From Sphyrna mokarran (taxonomy: Eukaryota), in NCBI GenBank assembly GCA_024679065.1, contig JAGIQG010000007.1, positions 67,828,001 to 67,892,000 of the forward strand: a stretch of DNA of 64,000 nt, read 5' to 3'. The notes below the pieces were generated by a model. The model was not told the DNA's origin. It made no database searches and saw only the letters and a program-made list of their open reading frames with translations. Position 1 is the first letter of the stretch, and every line of letters begins with the position of its first letter. Both the position numbers and the translations under genes were made by a program. This document shows positions 1-13,400 of this stretch, one piece after another.

Positions 1-1224
1 GAAAAGTGGTACACTACAATGTGAAGTATATTCATTAAAATTTACTAAACAGTAAAAGGACAAACAAGTGGTAGTGGAATAGGTGATGTGATGGCAGATG
101 CCTGCCTCATGTACAGATATTTTGCAGTTATCTGCCAAGATTCAATAGATGAATGATGAACAGTGCCACGGTCATTATTCCATTCACTTGTCCTTTTGCC
201 ATCCATCTATAAGGATGCACCCACGCTGATGATTTTTGACCAGGTCCCTCACATCTGTGCACTATCCCAGCATAACAATGTGACTAAGAGAAAGGAAACC
301 AGTTAGCTGTTGGAGATTGTGGGGCACAGCACTCTGCCTTGGAGACACAATATCCATATCAATGGGCAGCACGGTAGCAGCTCCACAGCTCTTGGACCTA
401 GGTTCGATTCCCAGCTCAGGTCACTGTTTGTGTGGTGTTTGTACATTCTCCTCATGTCTGTGTGGCCTGGCACATGCAGTCAAAAAGCATGAAGAACAGC
501 AAAGAAATGGCCTGGGCTGGGGATGAGTCAGCCTGGTTGAGATGTATCCATCCATCACATGGCCATGGAGCTTGTCAGCCTGAACAGCTGTCTGTTGGTG
601 ATGGTGAATCACTGGTATCGGGCACTAAAGGCAGTGTTTAAGTTACCTTGGAACATGGTGGGAATGATGAAGGTCACTTTGTCAGTTCACTGAACACAAT
701 GTGAGAGAGTGCAAGGATGGGATTGCATCATAAGGGCATTGCAAACATGGTAAAGACAATGGAATGCATCAGAGTGTGATTTCACAGCGTGAAGGGTTAT
801 ACCTAAGTAACTGCTTTTGCTTGTTACATAGGTCCCAGCTCTGCTCCATTACCCCAACCCCAAAGCCATGATCATCCATCCGGCATCAAGTGGAGAGGAG
901 ATGTCAGAGGAGACAGTTATCTCATCTAACTGGACCATCAGAGGGATGCAGTATGTGTGTAGGGTTGATGGCCAGGATGAAGATCACTGCTCCAAAATGC
1001 AGTCGGAGGTGTCAGATCATCTGGGCACATCTGGCAGAGTTCCCTGAAGCTGATTATTTAAATAGCCAGCTACCTTTGTAAAACACGTATGTGTGAAACA
1101 TGCCCTGCCATCTCTTCCCTATGAAAACAAAAGTGCCAAGTTTGGAGATGAGACTTAGAATCTTCTAGCAGTTCCACCATTTTTGCCATAAGGGAGGCTC
1201 TCAGTCATGGCAAAAATCTGGGCC
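1..1224. mobile_element. Decayed PIF/Harbinger-like element remnant
   Basis: ORF 432-641 ends ...QLSVGDGES, resembling the second exon of shark Harbinger Myb/SANT genes. The region ends in TIR-like AAAAATCTGGGCC followed by TAA (1225-1227). Weak and degraded. Confidence 0.35.
364..465 (+). mobile_element. HE1 SINE, 5' fragment
   Basis: gggcagcacggtagc...ggttcgattccc (B box)...gtcactgtttgtgtggtgtttgtacattctcc matches the HE1/V-SINE head. Confidence 0.75.
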
Positions 1225-1654
1225 TAAAAGTGTATAAAAAAAGTATAAAAATAAACTTGCAGCAATGACAATATTGGCAATTGAATTAGGAATATAGGCC
1301 CGTTGAAAATATCAATTAAAATAAGGAAACATTATGCTGAATAATTACATTGCCTCAGTAATTACAGCAGGGGAGAAAGATCAGCACGCCCGATAACACA
1401 AGAAAACCAATATTTAAAAAGGGTCAGTACTCACCAAAATTAATGTAATTCGCTCCAATGTGCAATTCACATTGGAAGGGAAACATAAACCCAGTAGAGC
1501 TGAATTTAATGCTAGTTGGGGGAATTTTACCCATGTGTGTGAAAACAAAGCCAGACCTTTCTGGAGTGAAACTTAACAATATTTCTATACCAAAAGTTTA
1601 AAAACATTCTTCTGCAAATGTAACGCATGCTATACCAATGGGGGTTGATGTTAG

Positions 1655-1800
1655 TTAAAAAAAATGTTGTGAATCAGAAGCATTAAGGGATATGGCACAA
1701 AAGCAAATACATGGGGCTAAGTTGCAAATCATGCAATTTAATAATGATCCCATTGAATGGTGGAATATATTTGAGTTTAAATAGCCTATTCTTGTTCCTA
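1655..1800 (+). mobile_element. CR1 LINE 3' end fragment
   Basis: aagggatatggc...attgaatggtgga...gcctattcttgttccta is a typical shark CR1 3' UTR. Confidence 0.55.
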
Positions 1801-3134
1801 AGTGTTTAGTACCAGAATCTCCACCTGCTGTGAGCACAATGAGCCAAACCCTTCCAATTTACCTGCTGCCCAATCTCTCAGCCTCTCACAACATCATTCA
1901 GGAGGAATTAGCTTTTTAAAGTCTGCATTCAATTTTCAAAGCACTCCGGCACATTATTCTATTGTGATATGATATTTTCACTGAACATTCAATAATGTTC
2001 AATAACATTCAATAATCATCCATTAAATTCTGGGGTACTCAGCCTCGTAAAGCATTGGCAAGTCAAACTGGCGCCCATCCAGCATAGCTCAGTACATGAA
2101 ACTTTGGATTTCAATATTTTCTCTCTCACAAATTATCTTGCACAGCAAGCACTGTCCTCATTTAATTCTATTGGCTCCCCACACGTCAGCACACCAACTC
2201 CCAGTTCCTGGCCTCATTGTAAAATATTTCATAGACCCACTCCATTTTACTTTGGTGACTTTCTTGAGTGCAAATGCCCAGTACATGGTTTCTGCACCTG
2301 TGATTATGGATTACTGCTCATCCACTGCTCAGTTTGGTTCACCAAATCAGAACTTTTAGACCTTTTAGCCATTATGTGCCTTTTCATGGAGCCCCTTCTA
2401 AATCATTGAGCCACGTTGCCTCTCTTAAACTAAAGCCTCCTAAAAATATATCTTTTGATTTCATCTTCAGTTTTTTCCTCCTTCCTTTCTACCCACTGCT
2501 CTTCCTGCTCCTTCTCTTCCCCATGACTGGTGCTATGATCTACACGTCTGAGAAATCATATAATCTCAATGAAATATTGTCATGCTGATGCTGTTGCAGA
2601 GTACCACAATGCAACTAACTGGCTTCTGGACATGTCTATACTGCAAATTGAACTTAGCTGTAGTAGCTAGCTTCTTTAAGGGACGTGCATTGGAAGGATC
2701 ATGTGAACTGATTTCCCAGTGGGGAAAAAGTATGGGGACCTTGGGGACGGTGTACTGGCCTCTGCAGCCAGATTAATCCTAGAGCTGAGAAAGAACACAT
2801 TATTTATAGAACTCTGTATATAGTTTTAAATAGTAATAAATCCTGCTTGCAGCTGGTGATCTCCAATTATTGCATTCACTAAATCACCACATTCTCCAAA
2901 TTTGCAATTGTCTTCAGATTCCTCAAAGACATTTGAACAAAAATCCTCAGTTACTTTATACCAGGAATAGCATCAGCACTGAGGGGTGCAGTGGAGATGG
3001 GCAATGATGATTCCTGCTTACAAGTCACAACTCGCTCACCAGTGGCCATCCATATCCTCAAAAATAGCTGGAACTTACAATTGATAGCCTCAGAGGAGTT
3101 ATATCCTCAAAGAATATCACGTAAAAACATCAGA

Positions 3135-3670
3135 ATAACAATGCATAAAAGTCCAAAGGTACTTCACAAGAGCATTGCAAAATAAACAATGTATGCCACA
3201 GAGGCACTTAAGGAGATATTAGGTGAGATGACCAAATCTTTAAGGAAGAAAGTGGTAGAGAGGCAAAGAAATGTGGAGAGGATAGTCCAGAGCCTGGGAT
3301 CTAAAAAACTGAAGACACAGCCAGCAATGTGATATAATTAAAATTAGGGACGCACAAGAGGGCAGAATTGAGAAGGGTAAATGTCACAGAATGTGTGTGA
3401 TTGGAGAGGGTTACAGAGGGGTAAGAGAAAGATTTGAAAACAAGGATGAAAATCTTAAAATCAAGATGTTGTTTGACCTGGAGCTGATGGGGATCAGCAA
3501 GAACAAGGATGGTAGAGAAATAGGACTTGCTGCAAGTTAAAATGGAATCAACACAGTTTTGGATGACCTCAAGTTTGCAAAAGGTAGAGTGCGGGAGACT
3601 AGCCAAGAATGGGTTGGAATTGTTGGGTCCAGAGATAACAAAGTCATGGATGAAGGTAAAAAAGGCATAA
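3135..3670 (-). mobile_element. L2 LINE 3' fragment (ORF2 C-terminus)
   Basis: ORF 3301-3735(-) reads NSNPFLASLPHSTFCKLEVIQNCVDSILTCSKS...LADPHQLQVKQHLDFKIFILVFKS, matching the L2 ORF2 motif DYSNALLAGLP...LQLIQNSAARILT...LHWLPV.QRIDFKIL.LVFK. Confidence 0.85.
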
Positions 3671-4345
3671 CGGCATAATACATGCTCATTTAATGACATC
3701 CAGAATGAGCTGTAATCTTGGTACTTGTCTGTCATGCATCAATTCCATCAACGTATGTCATGGCCACGTTTCTGCTTGCAGGACAAGATGCCAGCTAATA
3801 TAACAAATAAGTAACGTAAGGTGGGCTTCAAAATTGCAATTCCTTTACTCCATTGAAAGATGTCACTCTCAATGACATTTCCTATTAGAATATTGCGGGA
3901 ATAAGACAAAGTGAGTGTTCAGTTTTTATTTAAGCAGCAGATTTAAATGCCATCGGTTTTTACAAGTTGTCTGGTTCAGTGCTACACAGACATGCATAAT
4001 GTTACATAAAACAACAAATGCCGCTATTATCTTGTAATGTAACTCCTTGGGAAGATATATGAACAGAGCATGATAAAGTTACTCATTTTTCTGATTGAAT
4101 GACTAATCATTCATTTAAGCACTCTGCAATCCTTTCTTTCAGTTTACAAGCACTGGGGTTGCAACATATATTGCAAAGGATGCAATTAAAAAACTTCTCA
4201 AGAGCATTTAGGGAATTATGAATGGGCAATAATCACAGGCCTTGCCAGAAATGCCCAAATCAAATGGAGAAATAAAAAGCTTGAATGGGAACAGCAAGTA
4301 TTGGTAGCCTAATAGCTTTAAAGGATTATTTGAGAAATTATGACA

Positions 4346-4535
4346 TTTTGTATCTTTGTCCCAACGGAAGAAGGGCGAAGAGATAATGTCTGGGATGCGT
4401 AGGATCCTTAATTATGCTGGCTGCTTTTCCAAGGCAGCAGGAAGTTAGAAAGGGTCAATGGATGGAACTGGTTTGCGTGTTGGATACTTTGGCTATACCC
4501 ATGGTTAATTAACACTATGGCTAATTAACACAATA
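4346..4535 (-). mobile_element. Rex1/Babar LINE fragment (copy A)
   Basis: Aligns by eye to 5007-5190; ttaattatgctggctgcttttccaaggcagc is the reverse of the RCLGKAASIIKD motif. Confidence 0.65.
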
Positions 4536-4564
4536 GATTGCAAAAGGAATAAAATACTGATTTA

Positions 4565-4745
4565 GTGCAGGTCAGCTAGTTCAGCAAATGATGAAGAATG
4601 ATGTGAGGGTTCAATCCCTATACAGGCTGTGGTAATTCATGGAGGCCTGCCACCTTGCTTTGACCTACACTTGCAGAAAGCCGCCCCTTAAGCTATATAT
4701 AATCATTATCTCTCTAATGGATAGAGATAGCTCTGATCCTTTACA
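4565..4745 (+). mobile_element. Degraded tRNA-derived SINE
   Basis: ggtcagctagttcagc...gggttcaatcccta gives A/B box-like motifs, followed by ggtaattcatggaggcctgcc. Confidence 0.45.
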
Positions 4746-4751
4746 CACTAT

Positions 4752-5190
4752 TTGATTTGACTTGGTTTGATTTGATTTATTATTGTCATGTGTATTAACA
4801 TACAGTGAAAAGTATTGTTTCTTGTGTGCTATTCAGACAAAACATACTATTCAGAGAGAAGGAAAGGAGAGAGTGCAGAGTGTAGTGTAACAGTAATAGC
4901 TAGGGTGTAGAGAAAGATCAACTTAGTGCAAGGTAGGTCCATTCAAAAGTCTGATAGTAACTCGGAAGAAGCAGTTCTTGAGTCAGTTGGTACGTGACCT
5001 CAGACTTTTGCATCTTTTTCTCAAAGAAAGAAGGTGGAAAAGACGATGTCCAGGGTGTGTGGGGTCCTTAATTATGCTTACTGCTTTGCCGAGGCAGCAG
5101 CAAGTATTGACAAAGTTAAGGGATGGGAGCTGGTCTGCGTGATGGATACTATGGCTATATCTATGGCTAATTAACACGATGGCTAATTAC
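4752..5190 (-). mobile_element. Rex1/Babar LINE 3' end (copy B)
   Basis: ORF 4983-5177(-) CLGKAVSIIKDPTHPGHRLFHLLSLRKRCKSLRSRTN is the Rex1 C-terminal motif; tail is (TTTGA)n. Confidence 0.8.
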
Positions 5191-6231
5191 CCTCTTGCTT
5201 AGCTGGTTGGTGCATTAGGTTTCTGTTGCTGGGCACAGCATTGGCCTATAGCATAAATGAAGCCTATGCTAGACTAGGAAGTGAAGCCAAAAATGTAAGC
5301 ATGCAGTTAAACTTGCTTGCCTATGGCAATTCAGTCCTATGGTTCAGTTGGCTACATGTGTCATTGTGGAGCCTGTTTCGTATAGTGACTCAGATAAGGG
5401 ATCCTATTATTTGTAACAACTTAATTGTGCTGCTTTCTGATCCCCCGATAATTTCATCTTGTAATATGATAGCTTTCCAAGCACCACTGGCAGTCAGGTG
5501 GGAGTGACTTGACAATGGGTGCACGTCTTGTTTCCAAATAGATACAGCACTGCATGATTAGGTGTTATGAACATTAATAATATGGAAGACTCTCCATGAA
5601 TCCCATTCACTTTAAGGATCCCTCTGTAGTGCTTGGCAAGAGTTTTTGTGTAGTCATTTTGCTGGTGACATTTTTAGCAATGATATACTTCATTCTCATA
5701 ACAGAAACATTTCCTTCAAGAAGAATTAAATTACATCTCAGCTAAAGATTAAAATCAAATGAATATAACAGAGACATGGGCAGAAAAATAAAAATAAATT
5801 CCCAATAAAAGACAAAAACATTTTCCTTCTTTTCCTTTAAATTGGGACCTCAATACACTTTCCTTGCATGATGGTACTTTAGGGAATACCAGTGGATAGG
5901 ACTTCTGTCAAAATGTCAGAAACTTAAGGTGTCTTGCTAAAGGCCTTCATTCTTATTCAGCATGCATGGTTAAGAAGCTCTTGCTCAAATGCAGTAGGAG
6001 TGATTGGCGCAGACATATGGTCCCAACAGATAAAAGTCTGGGACTGAGTGGATTTGTGAACCATGCAATTTTCTGCTCTCCGTTCACCCAAATTCTGTCA
6101 ATAGAACTAATATTTTCCATAAAAGCTAACCTGTAATGGACATTGGGTCCCACTGCTTTGGGTAGCTGGTCAGTCAGTAATATTAGATTTGTAACGGCAA
6201 AAGAAAAATAATGTCAGAATCTTAGAAATAG

Positions 6232-7288
6232 GAGGAGCAATTCTCCCACAATGACCCACAACTTTTCTGGTGAGTTGGGCTGTGCTGTCAGCCTCTTCCT
6301 GGGGATTTGCACATGCGCCAGGAATACATGCGCATCTCCCAGAGTTGGAGAACAGTTGGAGACCAGAATGCGTTCGAAGCCAGTGGGAAGACAGGTAAGT
6401 AATTTGAACCTTTTTTTTAATGTAGATTAAATATTTTTTGCATATGATTATCGAAAACTTACCAGTCCCAATTGAATCTCCCAGCCCACCAGGAGTACTT
6501 CATTCTGGTGGGATTTAGACTGGTTCCCCACTTTCAGGGAACTAGTGGGACACCTCACCGGAATGAAGGGGAACAATTGAAGGTCCACCAGGGGGGTGGG
6601 CGGTGGGGGGAGCAGTGCCCCTGGGCATTGGCACCTTGGCAGTGCCGAAGGGGCAAAGTGCCCATGCCCAGGGGACTCCTTGGCACTGCCCATCTGGATT
6701 TAGGCAGTGCCAAGGGGGTGGGGCCTACTGTGGGCAGAGCCTAGGGGTAATAAATTGGGGTGTCCTGCTGCCACTCTGCATGGTGATCAGTCTGGGATAG
6801 AGAGAGGGCAGCAATTGGCGTAGGCTGGAGGAGGGGTAGTCTGTTGTGGGAGGGAGCCTCCAGGGAGGATCTGACTGGGGGATGCGGGGGATGGTGGTCA
6901 GCAGGGTCAGTGGTGGTGTGCCAGGGTGAGGAGAGTGAAGGATTACCACTGCTTGCTGCAGAAGGCTGGGCATCAGGGTGCTGCAGGGTGGAGGTGGATG
7001 GGTTGGTCAGGACTGGCCCAGGAATTGTTGTGGGCACTGCAATTGGGCTGTGAGGAGGGACTGGAGGGATAGCACTGCGATTGAGCTGGCCAGCATACAC
7101 CAAATTCCAGACTCCGATGCAAATACCACCACCACCGCAACCTCCCGCCAGGCTTTTAATGAAATTCCCAATTAGGACGTCTGCATTGCACAGAGTGGGC
7201 AGATTTGAGTGTGAAGTTGAACTGAGAAAATAGTCATGATCCACAACAGCTTTCCTGCCAATTTAATGCTTTTGGGAGAATCATCCCC
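6232..7288. mobile_element. Non-autonomous Harbinger-type MITE
   Basis: Terminal inverted repeats gaggagcaattctcccac / tttgggagaatcatcccc; G-rich interior with repeated ggcactgcc/ggcagtgcc units. Confidence 0.6.
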
Positions 7289-8049
7289 AGGATTTCTTTG
7301 TATTTTTTGGGAAAAAAGGTATTGTAAATCTTGCCCAGAATCTTATTTGAAAAACAAAAAAAAACTCCCAAGGAATAGTCCCATTACATTTACAAGGTCA
7401 CTTAGCCACACGGCATGAAAGGAAATCATCACCGAATTTTAGTCAAGTGATTATCCTTTATTCTTTCTTCACATGAAAGATTATTTTTAAATGTTCTCCA
7501 CTGAAGTCTGGTCAATATCACAGAAAGAAAGATTACTAAGCATGTTTAACGAAAAACAAAGTTTACTGTTACACGGGCACTATCTAGTATGGTCACTTAG
7601 CAATACTTAGGAAGCAAGTGCTCAAAGTCATCCCTCCCCACCCAGCTGTATGCAAAAGAAGAAGATTGTCTGCTTTGGCATTGGAATCTATAATGTCTCT
7701 CTTTCAATAAACAGCATGGCTATGATTGGGCCATGGCATGATCTGTACTGTACTCCAACATCCAAAAGTAAATTGCAAAAAAATTCTGTGGATATATGTA
7801 ACTGAATAAAACAATATTCCAACAAAAATACTAAGTGATCCTTTACTCTAAAGTCAACTTACTTAATTCTCACATCTCTCTTTTAAATTGTGCCCAGTAT
7901 ACTGTTTACATTTTATTTTCCATCCAGCAGAGTTCCGAAAGAGTTGTTTCTTGGATGGGTCTATTATTTACCTTAATAATGTTGTCAGCACAGGAGGAAT
8001 TATGTTATATATTGTTTCCCAATTTACTTGGTTTTCTGCTGTATAAATA

Positions 8050-8590
8050 TTCACCAAGAAAGGGTCAATGTGTGGAATTCACTACCATTAAAAATAGTTG
8101 AGGCCAAAATATTATCTGGTTTGAAGAAGAAATTAGGTGTAGTTCTTGGATTAAGGGATCAAAGGATATCCAGGGGGGAGGGAAATCAGGATACTTTATT
8201 TGATGATCATCTGTAATCATGATGAATGGTAGAGCAGGCTTGAAGGGACGAATTTTTCAAAGTTAAGGCAAAGTTTATTTATTCGTCACAAGTAGGCTTA
8301 CATTAATACTGCAATGAAGTTACTGTGAAAATCCCCTAGTCGCCACACTGTGGCATCTGTTTGGGTCAATGCACCTAAGCAGCTCGTCTTTCATACAATG
8401 GGAAGAAACCAGAGCACCCAAAGGAAATCCCGTGGGGGAGAATGTACAAACTCCAGGCAGACAGTGACCCAAGCCAGCAATTGAACTCAGGTTTCTGGCA
8501 CTGTGAGGCAGCAGTGCTAACCACTGTGCTACCATGGCACCAATATGGTCACCCGAATGGCTTTTAGTTTCTGTTTCTATGTTCTTGTGC
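8050..8590 (+). mobile_element. CR1 3' end, interrupted by HE1
   Basis: gtcaatgtgtggaattcactacc...gaatggtagagcaggcttgaaggg, resuming with ccgaatggc...gtttctatgttctt after the SINE. Confidence 0.7.
8268..8538 (-). mobile_element. HE1 SINE
   Basis: The reverse strand reads ggtagcacagtggttagcactgctgcctcacagtgccag...cacagtaacttcattgcagt...aataaactt. Confidence 0.9.
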
Positions 8591-9387
8591 CTGAAGTGAA
8601 GTCCACTTTTTACTGGTCAAAATCAACTAATATTCTTTTTAGCAATTTGATGAGAAGTTGATTGTTTTTAAATTGGAGAAAATCACGTCAAAATAGGCTT
8701 CTTCCACGACTTTACATCATGTTTGATGATGTGGCATTGTCTATTACGTGCAAATAATGCACTGGCTTCAAAATACTTATTCCACTAACAAAAATTCCAA
8801 AAACTCTAATATACCAGGGCTCCACATCATTAGAAAGCTAAGGCTTCTTTCTATGTTCAGCATTGTTATTTTCTAAAGATGTTACAAGAAGTGCAAACTA
8901 TTGAGGCTGATTATTGTCAAAGATTAAACAATGCCCGTAAACTGCAAGCCAACCTGCCAAAATGGATCCTCACATAATGAATCATTATTTTCTGATGAGA
9001 TAGAAAGAGTTGAAGCTAGACTGAAGGATCAAGTGTAAAATAAGAATGCCTAAGAATACATCATCAATCATATTTAAATTGAAACAGAAACAGAAAATGC
9101 TGGGAGGAATTCACGAGTGAGAAGCTGATCTATGTAAGAACAAAACTAACATTAGATTTACACCTGAAACATTAACTTCCCTGTGCTCCACACAAATGCT
9201 GTTTGACCTGCTGAGTGATGATGTTAGGTTTTTATTTCAGCATCTGATATTGTTTTTACAGAATGAGAGCACCTTCAGTTCTCTAAATAAATTAAACAAT
9301 CATTTTAACTGGAATTTATGCATTGACATCATGAAGAAAGCTAAATCCCTCAAATGCTTCAACTTTATACAATTGATCAAAGAAAAA

Positions 9388-9718
9388 TCATAGAATCCCT
9401 ACAGTGCAGAAGTAGACCATTCAGCCTGTCGACCCATGACTCTCTGGCAGAGCATCTTACTCAGGCTCACCTCCTACCCTATTTACTTTACTACTCCTCT
9501 AACCTACACATTCTGGGACACTAAGAGGCGGCAGGGCCAATCCACCTAACCTGCATATCTTTGGACTATGGGACGAAACTGGAGCACCTAGAGGAAATCA
9601 ATGCAGGCATGGGGAGAATGTGCAAACTCCACACAGACTATTACCCAGAGCTGAAATTGAACCCAAGTTCCTGGCACTGCAAGGCAGTAGTGCCAACTCC
9701 TTTGCCATTGTGCCACCT
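9388..9718 (-). mobile_element. HE1 SINE (near full length)
   Basis: atcatagaatccctacagtgcagaag tail through ggggagaatgtgcaaactccacacagac to gtgccacc head. Confidence 0.9.
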
Positions 9719-10092
9719 GATAGATTGATGATGTTATATAATTAAACATTTTACATACAATACCCATTGAACATATGATATTTTCACAAGTATCACCTGA
9801 AAGTGCAGTTTCCAAGGTGTCAGAATTTTGGAATCACATCTATAAAACAATGTACACCTGAAGAACTTAGCAAATAATTTGAGACTATTAAATACCTGTG
9901 CAATTAAAAAGTTAATATGTAGCAGAAAGTATCAATGTGGAACAGGGAGTTGCCAAACAAAATCAATCAAATCCCTCATTATTTTCTCAAAACAACCACT
10001 CACTAACCAGTTAGAGCCACAAAGCTCACTAATCACAATTCTCAAACAATTCTTTTCTTCACTTTAATCAGTCTTCAGAACCAGAAATAATG

Positions 10093-10475
10093 AGCCTGAT
10101 ATTTCCAAGTCCTCTACCCAGCAGTTTCGCTGGCAATTCTTTATTCATTAATGATCTAGAACCTTCAATCTCCTGAGGGAAGTTACTTCTGAGAAGTGAC
10201 CCAAAAGATGCACTTTCCTCTCAAAAATCCCCCCATATGGGTAGCATGTTCTGCTGTTTTTGTACAGGATATATCTGGACAATTGTCAGGTAGATAAAGT
10301 AGCACATAATCAGATAGGACTGGTGTCCAAAAACCTGGGGGGGATTCTCTGGCTGCGTTTGCCTGAACGGCGGAGATTCCCATCCGACTTCAATGGGCTT
10401 TTATGTGGTCCGTACCCATCTCTCCCCCAATCCATCACTGGAATTCTAGCAGGCAGGATTGGAGAATTCTGGCCT
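10093..10475. mobile_element. Harbinger-type MITE remnant
   Basis: TIR-like ends gcctgatatttcc / ggagaattctggcc. Confidence 0.4.
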
Positions 10476-10477
10476 TG

Positions 10478-11238
10478 ATTAAAGAGACAGGTTTTTGAAA
10501 GGATAATAAAGAAGATGGTAGACACTGAGAGGTAGAAAGACTTAAGATGGGAATTCTCAGGGTCAGAGCTTTGGTGTGAAAGGCATTACCATTGATGATG
10601 GAGCAATAAAAATTGGGGATGTGCAAGTGGTCAGATTCCAGACATTACAGAGATTTCAGAGGTTATAAAGTTCAGGGATGTTGCAGAGACAGTGAAGGGT
10701 GACACCCTTGAGGGATTTGAAAAAATGTTTGAGAATTTTAAAATTAAGGTACTGCCAGGCATGGACCCTGGGGATGACGGTTGAACAAGGACTTGAAACA
10801 AGTTAAGGTATCAACGGCATGGTGCACGCTGGGTTGGCCCTTCTGCATCACAGTACCTGGGATCTGTGTTCAATTCCGGATTTAGGTGACTGTGTGGAGT
10901 TTGCAAATTCTTCTGGTGTCTGCATGGGTTTCTTCCAGGTATTCCATTTTTCTCCCACAGTTCAAAGATGTATAATTTGGATGGATTGGCCATGCTAAAT
11001 CGTCCCTTTGTGTCCCAAGATCTGTGGGTTAAGAGAATTAGCATGGTAAATACATGGGGTAGGAAAATAGAGCCTGGCTGGAATGCTCTGTTAGAGAGTC
11101 AGTGCAGACTCAACGGGCTAATAATCTCCTCCTATTGTAGGGATTCTACAAGCACAGTTCTGGATGACATCAAATATAAGGTGTAAAGTGGGAGGCACTC
11201 AAGAGAATATTGAAATAATCTGGTCTAGAGGTAATAAT
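10478..11238 (-). mobile_element. L2 LINE 3' fragment split by HE1
   Basis: Same L2 signature as 3135-3670 (agggatttgaaaa...gagaattttaaaatt; gacatcaa...ggtctagaggtaa). Confidence 0.7.
10815..11149 (+). mobile_element. HE1 SINE (full length)
   Basis: ggcatggtgcac...tgtgtggagtttgcaaattct...ggattggccatgctaaat...tgtagggattcta. Confidence 0.9.
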
Positions 11239-11439
11239 GTGTTGTGATCTCAGCTGACGTTGAAACTGGACATGTCAGATCCCAGAGCAAAACCAGACTT
11301 AAAGATTCTCACTTATTTTTAAAGAAGTGAAGGTAAATTACTGAACAAATTCAGAGTCTGCTGATGAACCTTTAACCCAAAGCACATAATATTTATTAAA
11401 GCAAGAGAATGGAACAATATTACACCTGACTTGTTCCTT

Positions 11440-13400
11440 CACTATCACAGGGTCAACAGATCCCATGAATCTTTTTTTAAGTCCAAATTGAAACTGCCAT
11501 ATTAGATGCAAAGAAGTTGCATGGAGATGTAACCTCAGTCTCAGTGTTGCAGGCACTGTTGACCTAAGCAGCTCAAATGCAAGGTTATTGACAAAGACAC
11601 CTCAGCAACCTTATCAACATGTGTTCCATCATGGTCAGATACCCGCAAAATCATGTACAAATTGTGGAGATACCTCATTGGAGCAGATATTAGCATGATC
11701 AATGAAGCAGATGGTGTTCTTCCTTATTTACCAGATTTAGGGATATTGGGGGACATAGAACTAAGATAGCACTGGAGCATGGTGACTTCTTGCAAATTGT
11801 ACCCAGCTGCTGCTTTACTACTACTGCTTTACTATTGCCATACTATGGCAGTTGCAATATTCCTGCCCTTTAATTTTATCTATTATTCTTGTTTTAAGCT
11901 TCTAAAACTTCATACTAATTCTTTTAACTCTCTAACAATGCTTTAATTCATCAAGTTGATCTTTCTCTACGCCGTAGCTATGACTGTAACACTACATTCT
12001 GCGGGGTATCCTTTATTTCCCAATGAACAGAATGCTTTTTCTGTAATGTGCACAAGAAACAATGCTGTTCACAGTATGCTAATACATGCGACAATGTTAA
12101 ATCAAATGTCATGCTGCTCACAACTACACATTTGTCCTTCCAGTTTTGCAAAATTGGAGATGCTTGGCATTTGCAATCCCTGCTGGAATGTCACAGGAGC
12201 TGCAATGACTTGTGGATGATAGCATTGACCAATTTGATTCATTGCCATGGATATAAAACCTAATCATCACACAAAGCAAAAATGGTGAACTGAGGCTATG
12301 TGGCAACGTTGAGGTGGTCAACAAAGAAATCAATCAAAAGGAATATCCACATCCGACAGTCCCAGAACATTTCATGACTTCACTGTCTTCACAAAGCTTG
12401 AGATGCAACATAGCTACCTTCAGATACTACTAGCAGAGTGAAGATGATATCTTACAGCTTTTGTTAGTCTTGAAATTGGTTCCAGTACTACAGAATGTCC
12501 ATTGGATTATGCTCAGCACCTAGCACATTTTTCATCTTGTCAGTTTGAGGGGACACTCAACCTACTTGACAATATCTCTGTCCACGGAAGGGACAAAGCA
12601 GAATGTGATCAATATTAGTCAATAATGTTTTTTCAGCTCACACACAATTTGATGTTCAACAAGGACAAATGTACATTCACAGCATTCAAAAGTGACTTTT
12701 TAAGGTACAAAGACAGCATCTAGAGCAAAGCATACATACAATAATGTCAAACCCATTCACATGTTTTTGACTCCAAAGAGTTGGCAATATTCCCTGGTCC
12801 TATCAACTACTACCACAAATTTATTCCAAAGTATGCAAAGATTGCAGAACTTCTATGGAAACTGCTGCACAATGATGCACATCACACATTTCAACCCACA
12901 TGTGTAAATGTATGTCACAGCAGGTACATCAGGAATTGCAATTAGAGCTGTACCGTCAGTATATTGATGGAAGCAAATGAGCAAACACTTAATGTCACTG
13001 GAAACTGGATGTATATATTCTACTGGAGAACTGGAAGCATTAGCCTGCGTCTATGTTGGTGAACATTGACGCATGCATCTCTGGAGAAAGTTCACTCTCT
13101 GCATTGATCATCAACTGTTGCCTGCACTGTTAACCCTGTCAGGATTTGGTCCTGATCTCTACTGATAATCAAATCAACTTCATCAGTTATAACTTTGGGG
13201 TTGAGTATCTTACAGATTCATATAGTTGAATTGCTGATATACTTTGCCATACTACTACAGATCACATTAGTGATAGTGAAGTGACTATCAGTCAAAAAGT
13301 GACTATCAACCAATAGGAACTAATAGCATAAACCAGGACTCAGCATCTCAAGGCCATGACATCCAATTAAGCCATTCTTTCAAATTCCCTCCAGACCTGT
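11440..13400 (+). pseudogene. Decayed Ty3/Gypsy LTR-retrotransposon gag-pol (RT and RNase H)
   Basis: Broken frames give NGELRLC...VNKEI...YPHPT, FTKLEMQHSYLQI, FQYYRMSIGLCSAPSTF, LNLLDNISVHG (YxDD equivalent) and RNase H GELEALACVY...HLWRKFTLCIDHQ; CTNCG at ~11650; many stops and frameshifts. Confidence 0.8.
11945..12106 (+). mobile_element. Rex1/Babar 3' tail inserted in the Gypsy relic
   Basis: gttgatctttctctac...gctatgactgtaacactacattctgc...aagaaacaat is the reverse complement of 4800-4925. Confidence 0.7.

Noticed and set aside
364-420. tRNA-like A/B boxes here and at other SINE heads
   Set aside because: They belong to tRNA-derived SINEs; no complete cloverleaf or functional tRNA gene
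6448-7244. Cluster of overlapping ORFs in a GC-rich segment
   Set aside because: Interior of a MITE, with no recognisable domain
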